Below the pieces are notes generated by a model. The model saw only the letters and a list, made by a program, of their open reading frames with translations. It was not told the DNA's origin and did no database searches. From Candidatus Saccharimonadota bacterium (GTDB lineage: Bacteria; Patescibacteriota; Saccharimonadia; Saccharimonadales; Saccharimonadaceae), in NCBI GenBank assembly GCA_017537745.1, contig JAFYKF010000011.1:100779-164778 (forward strand): a stretch of 64,000 nucleotides of DNA, given 5' to 3'. This document shows positions 9,916-18,835 of the stretch, one piece after another; positions within the stretch are counted from its first letter, which is position 1; each line of letters opens with the position of its first letter. Both the position numbers and the translations under genes were made by a program.

Positions 9916-10110
9916 ATGGCTAGTACCATCAATAAAAACATCGAGATAGCACTAGAGAATATAGAAGCGGGCGAAGAAGACAAACAAATTATAAAAAGCA
10001 TTCTTTTCAAAGAGCGCCTAAACAAAGAATATAATTGGGATAGTGACGCTCCAAAGGAGATACAGTCAATTTTGCGAGAAAACGAAACCGATGAGGAGAT
10101 TGAATTATGA
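9916..10110 (+). CDS. small acidic protein, translationally coupled (PbeB / CxC-system small protein-like)
   Basis: 64 aa; starts 1 nt after the helicase stop and overlaps the ATPase start (ATGA). Confidence 0.65.
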   Translation: MASTINKNIEIALENIEAGEEDKQIIKSILFKERLNKEYNWDSDAPKEIQSILRENETDEEIEL

Positions 10111-12047
10111 TATCAATTCGCAGTATTACAATGAAAAACTTCCGAGGGCACAAAGATACATCGGTAGAAATATCTGATGGTGAAGGTGTGTTCTTTATAT
10201 CCGGTAATAACGGTGGCGGTAAAACGACCTTAATAAACGCAATCAACTGGTGTCTTTTTGGCGATATTGCATTCAATACCATATATGACACTGGCATTAG
10301 AACAAAAGGAATCGATAATAGCGAGCCAGTCGAAGTGAGAGTTGTTCTAGAAGGGCTAGGCCATAAATACCAGCTCAAACGAGTTGCTACTGATTATGAC
10401 GAACAAGGAAAATTATCAACCTTGGAAATTGATTCTGGCAATTCGCGCGAATTAAGCGATAATGAGGCGGAAGCCCTAATCAAAAAAATATTGCCAAAAA
10501 ACATACGCGGCCTATTCTTCCTGAATGGTGATAATTTCTCCACAGAAATTTTTAATCGCAACAGTACAAACGGCCTCAAATCAAATATCTATAAGGTTTC
10601 CGAATTAGATACAATCAGTAATGCTATCAGACATTTAGGTTTAGCTGAAAATCTTTATCTAAAAAGCATAGACAAAACAACTCGTGATTACAATAAAATT
10701 CAGGAGCTAACCGAAAGTAAAGAGTTTTCGACTAAAAAAATCGAAGAGATAGAAGATGATATTAAACACGCAAACGATAAGATTCGCGAACATGAACAAG
10801 AGCTGGAAGATTTTGATAAGCTTCTCGCAAGCGTTGCTGAAATCCAAGATATCATAAAAGACCGCGATCGATTGCAGGACGACTTAAAAGATGCCGAAAG
10901 TCGACTAGCTAATGACAAAGCGGATATTACCGAATGCATACAAAAATCATATCATAAGGTTTTATTATTAGATGAAGTTGAAGAATATAGAAAAGCATTA
11001 AATAAAGCAGAAGATGACGGTAAGATTCCCTCCCCGGTAGATCCAAAAGTTACAAACAATATTCTCGAAACCGGCGTTTGTCTTTGTGGCAGATGTATAG
11101 GAGAAGACGAGCGTGCCTTTATAGAAAAACAACATGAAAGATATGAGGCCATTAATAAGCTTAAGTTTCTTACTGATGGCATTTTAATTTTTGCTGATAT
11201 AAAAGACAGGATCAAGGATAGTTATTACGTCCTAGCCGACGCAATAAATGATAAGGACAAACTCGACAGTAAGATAAGTGGATTAAAGGACCGCCTTGAT
11301 GAAGTCCTTGCAAAACTTAATGGCGTAAATGTTGCAACGATTCCGAACAACCCGGCTTTGAAGAGGCAGCACATCAAAGAGGATATTGAAAAATGGAAAA
11401 TACGCGTTAGAGGTTACGCACAGGCAAAAATTGAACACGAAAATGAGATAGTCCGCTGCAATAAGGAATTGCAACGCCTGCTTGGACAAAGTGGCGATAA
11501 GGATACGCAGAAACTCATGAAGGAACTCGAGCATATTCGCGAACTTCAACAAATTCTCAAAACCCTTCTCGATGAAGCAGAGACAACTATACGAAATCGT
11601 ATTCAAGATGGAGTCTGGAATATTTATTCAAAAATATTACCAGATACTCAATTCTCTGGTATTTCAATCGACGAAAACTACAGATTTACAATTGAATCAA
11701 AACAAGGGCAGCAATATGATGTTGGCGCGATGGCCGTAGGCGAGTTAAAAACCTTGGCTCTATCTCTTATTTGCACCCTTTCGAATGATATTGGCTATTC
11801 AGACACGCCGCTATTTATCGATAACCTATTTGGTGGCATAGAGAAATCGCACTTCGCTGAAATAGCAAGGTCAGTAGAGCAACTATCAGAAAAGAAACAA
11901 ATATTTATTACCTATCTATACTATAAAGAAAAAAGTGATTCTAGCGAAAAAATCGCGAAGTACTTCAGCCCTACTTTTGTAAAACAAGAATTCAGCGCAG
12001 TTAAAAACAGCGAAACTGGAATCTGTAATCTAATTGAGGAGAAATAA
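10107..12047 (+). CDS. SMC/Rad50-like ABC ATPase with coiled coils and a CxC hook (DndD/PbeC-like)
   Basis: Walker A GNNGGGKTT, long coiled coils with a central CLCGR, signature-like AVGE and Walker B PLFIDNLFG. Confidence 0.85.
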   Translation: MISIRSITMKNFRGHKDTSVEISDGEGVFFISGNNGGGKTTLINAINWCLFGDIAFNTIYDTGIRTKGIDNSEPVEVRVVLEGLGHKYQLKRVATDYDEQGKLSTLEIDSGNSRELSDNEAEALIKKILPKNIRGLFFLNGDNFSTEIFNRNSTNGLKSNIYKVSELDTISNAIRHLGLAENLYLKSIDKTTRDYNKIQELTESKEFSTKKIEEIEDDIKHANDKIREHEQELEDFDKLLASVAEIQDIIKDRDRLQDDLKDAESRLANDKADITECIQKSYHKVLLLDEVEEYRKALNKAEDDGKIPSPVDPKVTNNILETGVCLCGRCIGEDERAFIEKQHERYEAINKLKFLTDGILIFADIKDRIKDSYYVLADAINDKDKLDSKISGLKDRLDEVLAKLNGVNVATIPNNPALKRQHIKEDIEKWKIRVRGYAQAKIEHENEIVRCNKELQRLLGQSGDKDTQKLMKELEHIRELQQILKTLLDEAETTIRNRIQDGVWNIYSKILPDTQFSGISIDENYRFTIESKQGQQYDVGAMAVGELKTLALSLICTLSNDIGYSDTPLFIDNLFGGIEKSHFAEIARSVEQLSEKKQIFITYLYYKEKSDSSEKIAKYFSPTFVKQEFSAVKNSETGICNLIEEK

Positions 12048-12048
12048 A

Positions 12049-12501
12049 ATGGATAAAAATACTCGTTGGCCATCTGTGTTTACGACAAGTACCGATAAAG
12101 GTATAATTCGTGCGATAGCAGAGCAGGATGGCTATTTACAAAAAATTGAAACCAAAGACTTGCTATTAATCGCTGCCGCAATAGCTGTCAAAAACGAAAT
12201 ACCACGAGACAGCGGAATTGACATAAAAAGATCTGAAATGTCAGAAGCCATTAGCTATGCTAACCTAAATTCAGTATCATACAACGAATACAGGCAATAT
12301 ATTTCAGCCATCTATTACATAACCAAAGCCGACAAAAATGTCGACAACATGAAAGATGTCGGCGAAATGGTTAAAAATTTCGAAGATTATGCACATAGAG
12401 GGATAATATACCTCAAAGAAAATTATCTAAACAACAAAGATGGCAACAAAGAGCTATTCGACGATTATGTAGATTACTTGAGCCGTTCAATAAAAAAATA
12501 G
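12049..12501 (+). CDS. hypothetical protein closing the operon (PbeD / DndE-like position)
   Basis: GAGGAG RBS, 1 nt after the ATPase stop; motifs KDLLLIAAAIA and FEDYAHRG. The family call rests on position and size. Confidence 0.6.
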   Translation: MDKNTRWPSVFTTSTDKGIIRAIAEQDGYLQKIETKDLLLIAAAIAVKNEIPRDSGIDIKRSEMSEAISYANLNSVSYNEYRQYISAIYYITKADKNVDNMKDVGEMVKNFEDYAHRGIIYLKENYLNNKDGNKELFDDYVDYLSRSIKK

Positions 12502-12662
12502 TTTGCACATAAAAATACTTCTTTGATCCCACATTCCGGACAAACCTTAGTTTTATTATCCTCACGCGATAGCGCAGGATAGCCAGTATAATAAGCGCCA
12601 CATTTTGGGCATTTGTGGCACTTTTTGGCGGCTTCAAGACGCTTATTAGATAACTTGCTCAT
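12474..12662 (-). CDS. small zinc-ribbon protein
   Basis: CPKC...ALSREDNKTKVCPEC; AAGGAG RBS upstream. Confidence 0.65.
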   Translation of the reverse strand: MSKLSNKRLEAAKKCHKCPKCGAYYTGYPALSREDNKTKVCPECGIKEVFLCANYFFIERLK

Positions 12663-13007
12663 AATTACTCCTTATCCCCTGCAAGGCCTTGTTTAGTACC
12701 TCCAAAGAGCAACACCCTTTTAAGTTTAATGATCAATTGCAGCAACCTCGCAGGGTTGTCGCATTTTAACTTGGTTCGAACTTTATTGCAACTAGTCCAA
12801 ATCGCTTAAGCTTGCAGTTTGAACCGCTGACATATAATAGTAGCTAACGAAAAGATTGCGAATGTTCACCCTACGACTGTAAACGTTGGGCGAAAACGGC
12901 CTCCTGAAAAAACACAGGATTTTTCTAATTATTATCAATGTAAAATAATTGGAGCGGCCAATGATTTTAGATGCTTTTGATTGGTCTCCACAGAAATGGA
13001 GACTTTT

Positions 13008-13163
13008 ATGGAATTCAGTCCTTCGGATATCGATGATCATGACGCGGTTCAAAATCTCATCGCGATTTTGCGCGTCTGCGAGCAAATTGAAGCAAGTAAA
13101 GAAAACGTCAAAAAGAACTCGAATTGCGGCGAGTGCGACGACGGAATTATCGTCACATTCTAA
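13008..13163 (+). CDS. possible small protein
   Basis: GGAGA RBS 5 nt before the ATG; 51 aa with a CxxC near the C-terminus. Confidence 0.3.
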   Translation: MEFSPSDIDDHDAVQNLIAILRVCEQIEASKENVKKNSNCGECDDGIIVTF

Positions 13164-13195
13164 AAGCTATAATATAATTACCAATCATAAAATGA

Positions 13196-13801
13196 CTATT
13201 CTTTATCCGGAATTTTAGTCAAACGCTCACCCTTAAAAGTCCAATATGCCGCACCTTGATAAGCCCCTGAAGTGTTGAGCTCTCCCCTATCTTCATATAT
13301 CTTATATGTAAGTGGCGAAAGCTTCCACGTTTGACCACCATACAGAACATCACGCTCACCACACACAGTAGCAATTATAGTTGGATCATCAATAAAAGCA
13401 ATTTCATCTCCATTCTTTAATCCTTTCCTATAAAAGTTGAAAAGGGCGCCTTGTTTTCTGATTTTTGTAACTTCATCAAATTGTTTTTCTTGGTCAATAT
13501 TGTCTGGAAAAACAACTTTACCAGAAAAAGAAAGCAACAATTGTTTTACTAAATCTTTATCCAAAGCAAATAATTCACTCTCACCAACTTGATGTTTATT
13601 AAAGATTTCATGAATCAATTTTTCCTTATCTTCATAGTCATCAAGTTCAATAGCGAAGAATTTTTTCAAACCAGAAACATTATAATAACCATTTGCTTCT
13701 AAAAATCGCATTCTCTCTAAAAAATTATCCGTCCCAGCTCGACCTATTTTTATCAAACCAGAGACGGCGGTCGTCATTACGTATACTATACCTCTATTCA
13801 T
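13196..13801 (-). CDS. T5orf172 / GIY-YIG-like domain protein
   Basis: N-terminal GIVYVMT...LIKIG...R and E..IH.IF...QVGESELF. Confidence 0.8.
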   Translation of the reverse strand: MNRGIVYVMTTAVSGLIKIGRAGTDNFLERMRFLEANGYYNVSGLKKFFAIELDDYEDKEKLIHEIFNKHQVGESELFALDKDLVKQLLLSFSGKVVFPDNIDQEKQFDEVTKIRKQGALFNFYRKGLKNGDEIAFIDDPTIIATVCGERDVLYGGQTWKLSPLTYKIYEDRGELNTSGAYQGAAYWTFKGERLTKIPDKE

Positions 13802-13821
13802 TTGCACCTTTCTTTAAAAAA

Positions 13822-13898
13822 TGGTGAGCCGGGAGGGACTCGAACCCTCGACACCAAGCTTAAGAGGCTCGTGCTCTAACCAGCTGAGCTACCGGCCC
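13822..13898 (-). tRNA. tRNA-Lys(CTT)
   Basis: GGGCCGGTAGCTCAGCTGGTTAGAGC...CGAGC-CTCTTAA-GCTTG...GGTTCGAGTCC...CTCACCA forms a cloverleaf with encoded CCA. Confidence 0.97.
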
Positions 13899-13969
13899 AC
13901 ATTTGCACATTTGTGGTACATATTATTATATCACAAAACCCCAAAAACCACAATCCCTAGATAATACCC

Positions 13970-14869
13970 TTATCCCAAACTCTTAATCTTCTTAAAATCA
14001 ACTCTTTCTACCGCCGCTCTAAGCTTAGCTTCACTACCATAATACGTCTTCTGCCCTGGGCTATCACTCAGCATATGCTGTGCATACGGAAAACTCACTG
14101 CCCGTTCTAATACTCCACCAAGCTTCCCCGTTCCACAAAGCACATCGGCCACCCGCACTTTATCTAATGGCACATCTAAAGCCCGCTTCATTTCCTCCGG
14201 GAAGAATGTCAACGAGAACAAATCGCCATCAGCTTCTCCAGCCAGTCGCCCATAAGCAATCGATGTATTCCCCTCTATCCAAAGACGCGAATTAAGAGCG
14301 CGCATCTTCGTTCCCTCCAAATTCATCTCACATCGCACATACTTATCTTCACCCGCCGACATCTCGCACACAAAATCACCTTCACAAGTCGTAGTCATCA
14401 CCGCCCCATGAGCATCCGGCGATTTCAACCCATGCTTCTCATCATAAGAAATCGTATCACTAATATAATCACAAATAATCCAAGAAAGCAAACCGGTTTT
14501 TGAGTTTTCTGCCACCAAATAAAACTCCGTCCTCGCACCCCAAAACACACTTGAATGTACCCGAAACATCGTCACAATTCCATAATATTTTTCTGGACCG
14601 CCCTCAAACACTGCAGTTTTGGCCGGAACAAATCCCTCCGGCAAAAATTGCTGCATCCTCTCAGGCTCAGTTATTTCATAAAACAAAAATGAACAATACG
14701 GTTCCACGACAAACGGCATTTTTGATGCTTTTTTCGCCGCACTGGTAATTATTTTTCTTTGCAAGAAAACCGGTAAATGTTTCAATTTTGTCTGCATATA
14801 ATGCACCTTGCCCACTTCCACTGGGTCCACTAATTTCTCCACACCTTTTGCATATTCCAAAATGTTCAT
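13970..14869 (-). CDS. hypothetical protein (weakly acetoacetate-decarboxylase-like fold)
   Basis: 299-aa ORF with AGGA RBS; the fold call is only a pattern impression. Confidence 0.6.
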   Translation of the reverse strand: MNILEYAKGVEKLVDPVEVGKVHYMQTKLKHLPVFLQRKIITSAAKKASKMPFVVEPYCSFLFYEITEPERMQQFLPEGFVPAKTAVFEGGPEKYYGIVTMFRVHSSVFWGARTEFYLVAENSKTGLLSWIICDYISDTISYDEKHGLKSPDAHGAVMTTTCEGDFVCEMSAGEDKYVRCEMNLEGTKMRALNSRLWIEGNTSIAYGRLAGEADGDLFSLTFFPEEMKRALDVPLDKVRVADVLCGTGKLGGVLERAVSFPYAQHMLSDSPGQKTYYGSEAKLRAAVERVDFKKIKSLG

Positions 14870-14930
14870 TGTTTCATCCTTCCTATTTTTAATAACAAAA
14901 TCTCCAAACCTACATTTTAATACTACCAGA

Positions 14931-15614
14931 CTAACTATACCACCAACCCCAGTTTTCGTATAAATTCATCGCTGTCGGCAAACCCAAATTCTTCAACGTC
15001 AAATTCGTAATATCGTCCACCATCACCACAGTAAACAACATTATCGCAAACGTCAAAAACGCCCGTTTCTTCATCCGCACAGACAAATACACACAAAACG
15101 GCAACAACAGATACATAAAAGCAAGCGCCCCAATCCCGAATGTTATTACACTTGCCGGGCAAATAAAACCATTTATATTCCCTACTCCCCACCAGCTCAA
15201 ACTATAGTCCCAATATCTCGCCCCATCATAAAAAGTATAAGCCCACCATCCACCAATATATTCCACTACACCAGCCACCAACATAGACGCCACAAACACC
15301 GCCCATGGATGACGCCGAATTTTATAAGACACAACCAAAATCGCCACCGCCCCATAAGCATAAATGTTCATCCACGGTAATAAATTCCCACCATTTACAT
15401 ATAGATGTTGAAAACCACCGCTAACTTCTTGCAGCAAACATTCCCACATCCAACCCAAAAACCCAGAAAAAACAATGATCAGCAAAATTATTCCCACCTT
15501 CTGATAAGTAAGAAGCTTCAGTTCTCCATTCAAATACTTCCGAAAAACTTCACGGTAAGATTGCTTTTTGCGAACTCGGTTCTTAACTCCACCGGTCTTA
15601 CTTTTCATTGCCAT
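14931..15614 (-). CDS. putative ABC transporter permease (CmpB-like membrane protein)
   Basis: GFLGWMWE, LPWMNIYAYG, EYIGG, RYWDYS and INGFICP; several TM segments. Confidence 0.8.
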   Translation of the reverse strand: MAMKSKTGGVKNRVRKKQSYREVFRKYLNGELKLLTYQKVGIILLIIVFSGFLGWMWECLLQEVSGGFQHLYVNGGNLLPWMNIYAYGAVAILVVSYKIRRHPWAVFVASMLVAGVVEYIGGWWAYTFYDGARYWDYSLSWWGVGNINGFICPASVITFGIGALAFMYLLLPFCVYLSVRMKKRAFLTFAIMLFTVVMVDDITNLTLKNLGLPTAMNLYENWGWWYS

Positions 15615-15617
15615 ATA

Positions 15618-16265
15618 CTAAAACTCTTGATATTTTGCGCCAAGCGACCGGTAAAAGTCCATCGCCGTCGGTTCATTCAAGTTCTTCAAAGTCAAATTGG
15701 TCAACTCATCAATCATCACTATCGTAAATAGAGAAATCGCCAGGACAAGAAACGCTCGCTTAGACATTTTCAGTGCCAAATAGTTCAAAAACGGCATGAT
15801 TATATATATTAGTGCCAATATTCCTAACCCAAAAATCGTCACGGACAGTGGGCACACAAACCCATTAATGCTTCCCCACGCCCACAAACCATGATCATAA
15901 TTCCAATATCTAGTTCCGTTTCCAATCGTATAAACCAGCCATCCACCAAGAAGCTCTACTACACCAGTCACCAAGACTCCAATCAAAAATACTGCCCATG
16001 GGTATTTTTTAAACTTGTAAACTACCGGCAAAACCGCTATCGCACCAAACGCATAAATATTAATCCACGGCAACAAATCTCCACCGACCATATATGGCTC
16101 GCCTTTTTCAATCAAACCCACAAAAAACTCATACACCCATCCGATAAATCCAGCAATCACCCAAACCAGCATCAAAATCCCAATCAACTGATACTTTTGG
16201 AGTTTAATTTTGTTATTCAGATAGTCATGATATATTTGTTTGAATTTTTTCTTTTTTGCCACCAT
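15618..16265 (-). CDS. putative ABC transporter permease (CmpB-like), tandem paralog
   Basis: GFIGWVYE, LPWINIYAFG, RYWNY and INGFVCP. The start ATG at 16265 lies 6 nt after TGTTATAAT. Confidence 0.8.
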   Translation of the reverse strand: MVAKKKKFKQIYHDYLNNKIKLQKYQLIGILMLVWVIAGFIGWVYEFFVGLIEKGEPYMVGGDLLPWINIYAFGAIAVLPVVYKFKKYPWAVFLIGVLVTGVVELLGGWLVYTIGNGTRYWNYDHGLWAWGSINGFVCPLSVTIFGLGILALIYIIMPFLNYLALKMSKRAFLVLAISLFTIVMIDELTNLTLKNLNEPTAMDFYRSLGAKYQEF

Positions 16266-16300
16266 AAGCCAATTATAACACAAAGGTTATAAAGTTCATT

Positions 16301-18187
16301 TTAGTTTTTCTTTTTAGACATCTTTTTTATATATTCACCCAGTTCTTTATCGGTACAAAAAACATAACACCCCTTCATGCCCCTAGTCATCAATACTTTA
16401 TATGTATTTTTTATAATTCGATCTGCTAACTCCTTAGCCCCCTCTGGATCCTTCGCCATCAATCCTTTCATCCCCTTAATAGATTGATCTGTGCTCGCAC
16501 GTTTTGAAACATCAGTAATTATTTTACCATCACGATATATCAAATCATCACCGATAATTACTCCAATATAGTCAAATTCAAGCCCCTGACAAGTGTGTAT
16601 ACATCCAGCCTCATTTATAGAATCCTTATTCACGGCCCAAGTTTGCGAGCTATCACCTAGATTCCAACTCATCCCAAATTGATATTCTGGAATCATGATA
16701 TCATAAAAGTTCGTATCATTTTTCCCATCCCTATCCCAATTCCAGCAATATCCAGCTACAATTCTCGACTTATTGTTGATTTTATTTTTTTCAATTATTG
16801 CCTCACGCATTTTATTTGGATCATCAAATACTCTAAAATCATATTCAAAATCCATATCATCGTAATTAGCTGTCTTTTTAATATCTAGTAAACTGTTTAA
16901 CCACGCTAAGTAACCGTCTGAACCATTACATCTAAACTGACTCTCAAGCTCAATCTTTTCATAATCTGCGCCAAGTTCTTCTGCATACCTTTTTATAGAA
17001 TCTATTGTACCTATATCTTTGACAGTTACACGCTGATCTTCATCAATCAAAAACACTGCACATTTAGCCGCATTGATTATCTCTTTAATTTGGTTTTCGC
17101 CCAGATTGCTCATAAAACCAGATTTTTCTGTCAGCCTATGGGCTTCATCCACAATCAAAGAATCAATCGCGTTTGTTTCAACATCGTAAAAATTTCCAGA
17201 GTTTTGAAAGCACGAGTCAATATATTCTTTTTTAAAATCCTCTCCCTGCAACTTCTTCTTGAAAACAGCTCTCGGAGTACCATTCCTCGTTACATAAAAA
17301 CTAGCTATATTACACTTTGTTAATTCCACAAACAAATTAATAGCAAGAACGGATTTTCCAGTTCCCGGTCCGCCTTCAATTACTAAAACTTTTTTCTTAC
17401 CAAATGCTACCGCATTTTTTGTCATACTCATAGCCGTTTCAAATGCGACTTTTTGATCATCAATCAGCACGAATTCTTGATTACCTTTCAACATTGGGCC
17501 CAGACAATCTTGCAAACTCTTTGACGGACGAAATCTCCCATGCTCAATTTCATAAATAGTTTTTCCATTATCACCTTTTTTAATATGTTTTGTAATAAAA
17601 TCTCGAAGCTTAGGAAAATCTTCTGCGCCAAACATCGGTGCTGCCTCGATATAATCTCTGTATTGTTCTGCTCGAATAGGATCATCTTCCTTAAAATGAT
17701 AATTATGTAAGAATGCGCATGGAACTAAATCCATTTTGCCATTCTGTGCAGCCTCATTATAGTGATCAATATAAACCGCATAGCTCATCGCTTGATAAGA
17801 AGGGTGTGCAGTCCGTCGCATTCCGCCACCAACATAAGTCTCAACTACAACACCATCTTCTGTATCTACCGATGAACAATCGCTCCACTGTTTAAGCTCA
17901 ATAATTACCACTGTTTTAGTATTATTATTATTCGAACCAGTTAGAATAAAATCAATTCGTTTTGATGTCGTCGGAATATTATATTCAATTGCAACACCAC
18001 AATCATCAGGTATATCATTAGAGTCTAAAATATTCCGCATATATTGCATAGAGTTTTGCCACGACTTCATTTGTGCTTCATTTGTTCTTCCAAAATACTT
18101 TTTATACTGTTCGTAAATCTTATTACAAATTAAGTTATCACGCACATCATTCATGAAATCAGTCTTCACGCCATCATATACAATCAT
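16301..18187 (-). CDS. DUF2075 (Schlafen group 3-type) SF1 helicase with an N-terminal PD-(D/E)XK nuclease-like domain
   Basis: RIDFIL...IIELKQW, GGPGTGKS, IVDEAHRL, QFRC, CIHTCQGLEFDY and LMTRGMKG. Confidence 0.88.
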   Translation of the reverse strand: MIVYDGVKTDFMNDVRDNLICNKIYEQYKKYFGRTNEAQMKSWQNSMQYMRNILDSNDIPDDCGVAIEYNIPTTSKRIDFILTGSNNNNTKTVVIIELKQWSDCSSVDTEDGVVVETYVGGGMRRTAHPSYQAMSYAVYIDHYNEAAQNGKMDLVPCAFLHNYHFKEDDPIRAEQYRDYIEAAPMFGAEDFPKLRDFITKHIKKGDNGKTIYEIEHGRFRPSKSLQDCLGPMLKGNQEFVLIDDQKVAFETAMSMTKNAVAFGKKKVLVIEGGPGTGKSVLAINLFVELTKCNIASFYVTRNGTPRAVFKKKLQGEDFKKEYIDSCFQNSGNFYDVETNAIDSLIVDEAHRLTEKSGFMSNLGENQIKEIINAAKCAVFLIDEDQRVTVKDIGTIDSIKRYAEELGADYEKIELESQFRCNGSDGYLAWLNSLLDIKKTANYDDMDFEYDFRVFDDPNKMREAIIEKNKINNKSRIVAGYCWNWDRDGKNDTNFYDIMIPEYQFGMSWNLGDSSQTWAVNKDSINEAGCIHTCQGLEFDYIGVIIGDDLIYRDGKIITDVSKRASTDQSIKGMKGLMAKDPEGAKELADRIIKNTYKVLMTRGMKGCYVFCTDKELGEYIKKMSKKKN

Positions 18188-18195
18188 ATTCCTCC

Positions 18196-18510
18196 TTACA
18201 ACTTATTATATTTTGTGCTTACACCTTTTGCTTTTTCTATTGGATATTTCTTTTTATTTTTTTCCAGTTTTTTTAATACTATTTCTTCCGGATCAACACC
18301 CAGTTTATCCGCCATCTGAAAACAATAGTTAAAAACATCCGCAAGCTCTTCACACACATCATCCATATTAAAATCATTATTCCACTGGAAGCATTCTAGC
18401 AGCTCACCAGCTTCTATCGAAATTGATTTAGCCAAATTTTCTGGACTATGAAATTGATCCCAATCCCGTTCCTCGTTAAACTTTTTTATCGCCTCTTGTA
18501 CTCTTTCCAT
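18196..18510 (-). CDS. MazG-like nucleotide pyrophosphohydrolase
   Basis: ERDWDQFHSPENLAKSISIEAGELLECFQW...EELADV...KKYP. Confidence 0.9.
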   Translation of the reverse strand: MERVQEAIKKFNEERDWDQFHSPENLAKSISIEAGELLECFQWNNDFNMDDVCEELADVFNYCFQMADKLGVDPEEIVLKKLEKNKKKYPIEKAKGVSTKYNKL

Positions 18511-18682
18511 ACCTATTATTATATATCGTCTTGTACCATTTGTCGAACTCATCCCAGTATTCTTTACTGTAAACTATATCCGAATAAAATAGCCCTCGTT
18601 CTTCAGAAAAAACATCAATCGCATTAATCCTATCTCTGCCAATGTACTTAACATGATTCTCATATTCCTGTAAAATGCTCAT
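18476..18682 (-). CDS. hypothetical small protein
   Basis: 68 aa with AGGAG RBS and a predicted promoter; overlaps the MazG start region. Confidence 0.55.
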   Translation of the reverse strand: MSILQEYENHVKYIGRDRINAIDVFSEERGLFYSDIVYSKEYWDEFDKWYKTIYNNRYGKSTRGDKKV

Positions 18683-18729
18683 GATACTCCTATTTTAATT
18701 TTGGATTATTTTAGGCACAACGTTACAAA

Positions 18730-18807
18730 AAATTCAACCCCCCACTATATATTTATAGTTAAAACAATTGGCTCAATCACGTCATTATATAGTGGGGGGT
18801 TGAATTT
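18730..18807. repeat. perfect 22-bp inverted repeat with a 34-bp spacer, carrying divergent -35 elements
   Basis: AAATTCAACCCCCCACTATATA (18730-18751) and TATATAGTGGGGGGTTGAATTT (18786-18807). Confidence 0.95.
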
Positions 18808-18835
18808 CTAACAGAGATATGCTAGATTAAAACCT

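Larger units (their letters stand above)
2096..13821 (-). mobile_element. putative degenerate genomic (defence) island at the 3' end of tRNA-Lys; no integrase present
   Basis: It begins right after the tRNA-Lys CCA and is packed with defence-type genes. At the distal end the tRNA 3' heptamer CTCACCA (2096-2102) recurs, followed on the minus strand by a terminator. The match is only 7 nt, so the boundary is tentative. Confidence 0.5.

Noticed and set aside
7776-12501. A functional DNA phosphorothioation (dnd) cluster
   Set aside because: There is no cysteine desulfurase or DndC/PAPS-reductase-like gene; only the effector-type architecture is present.
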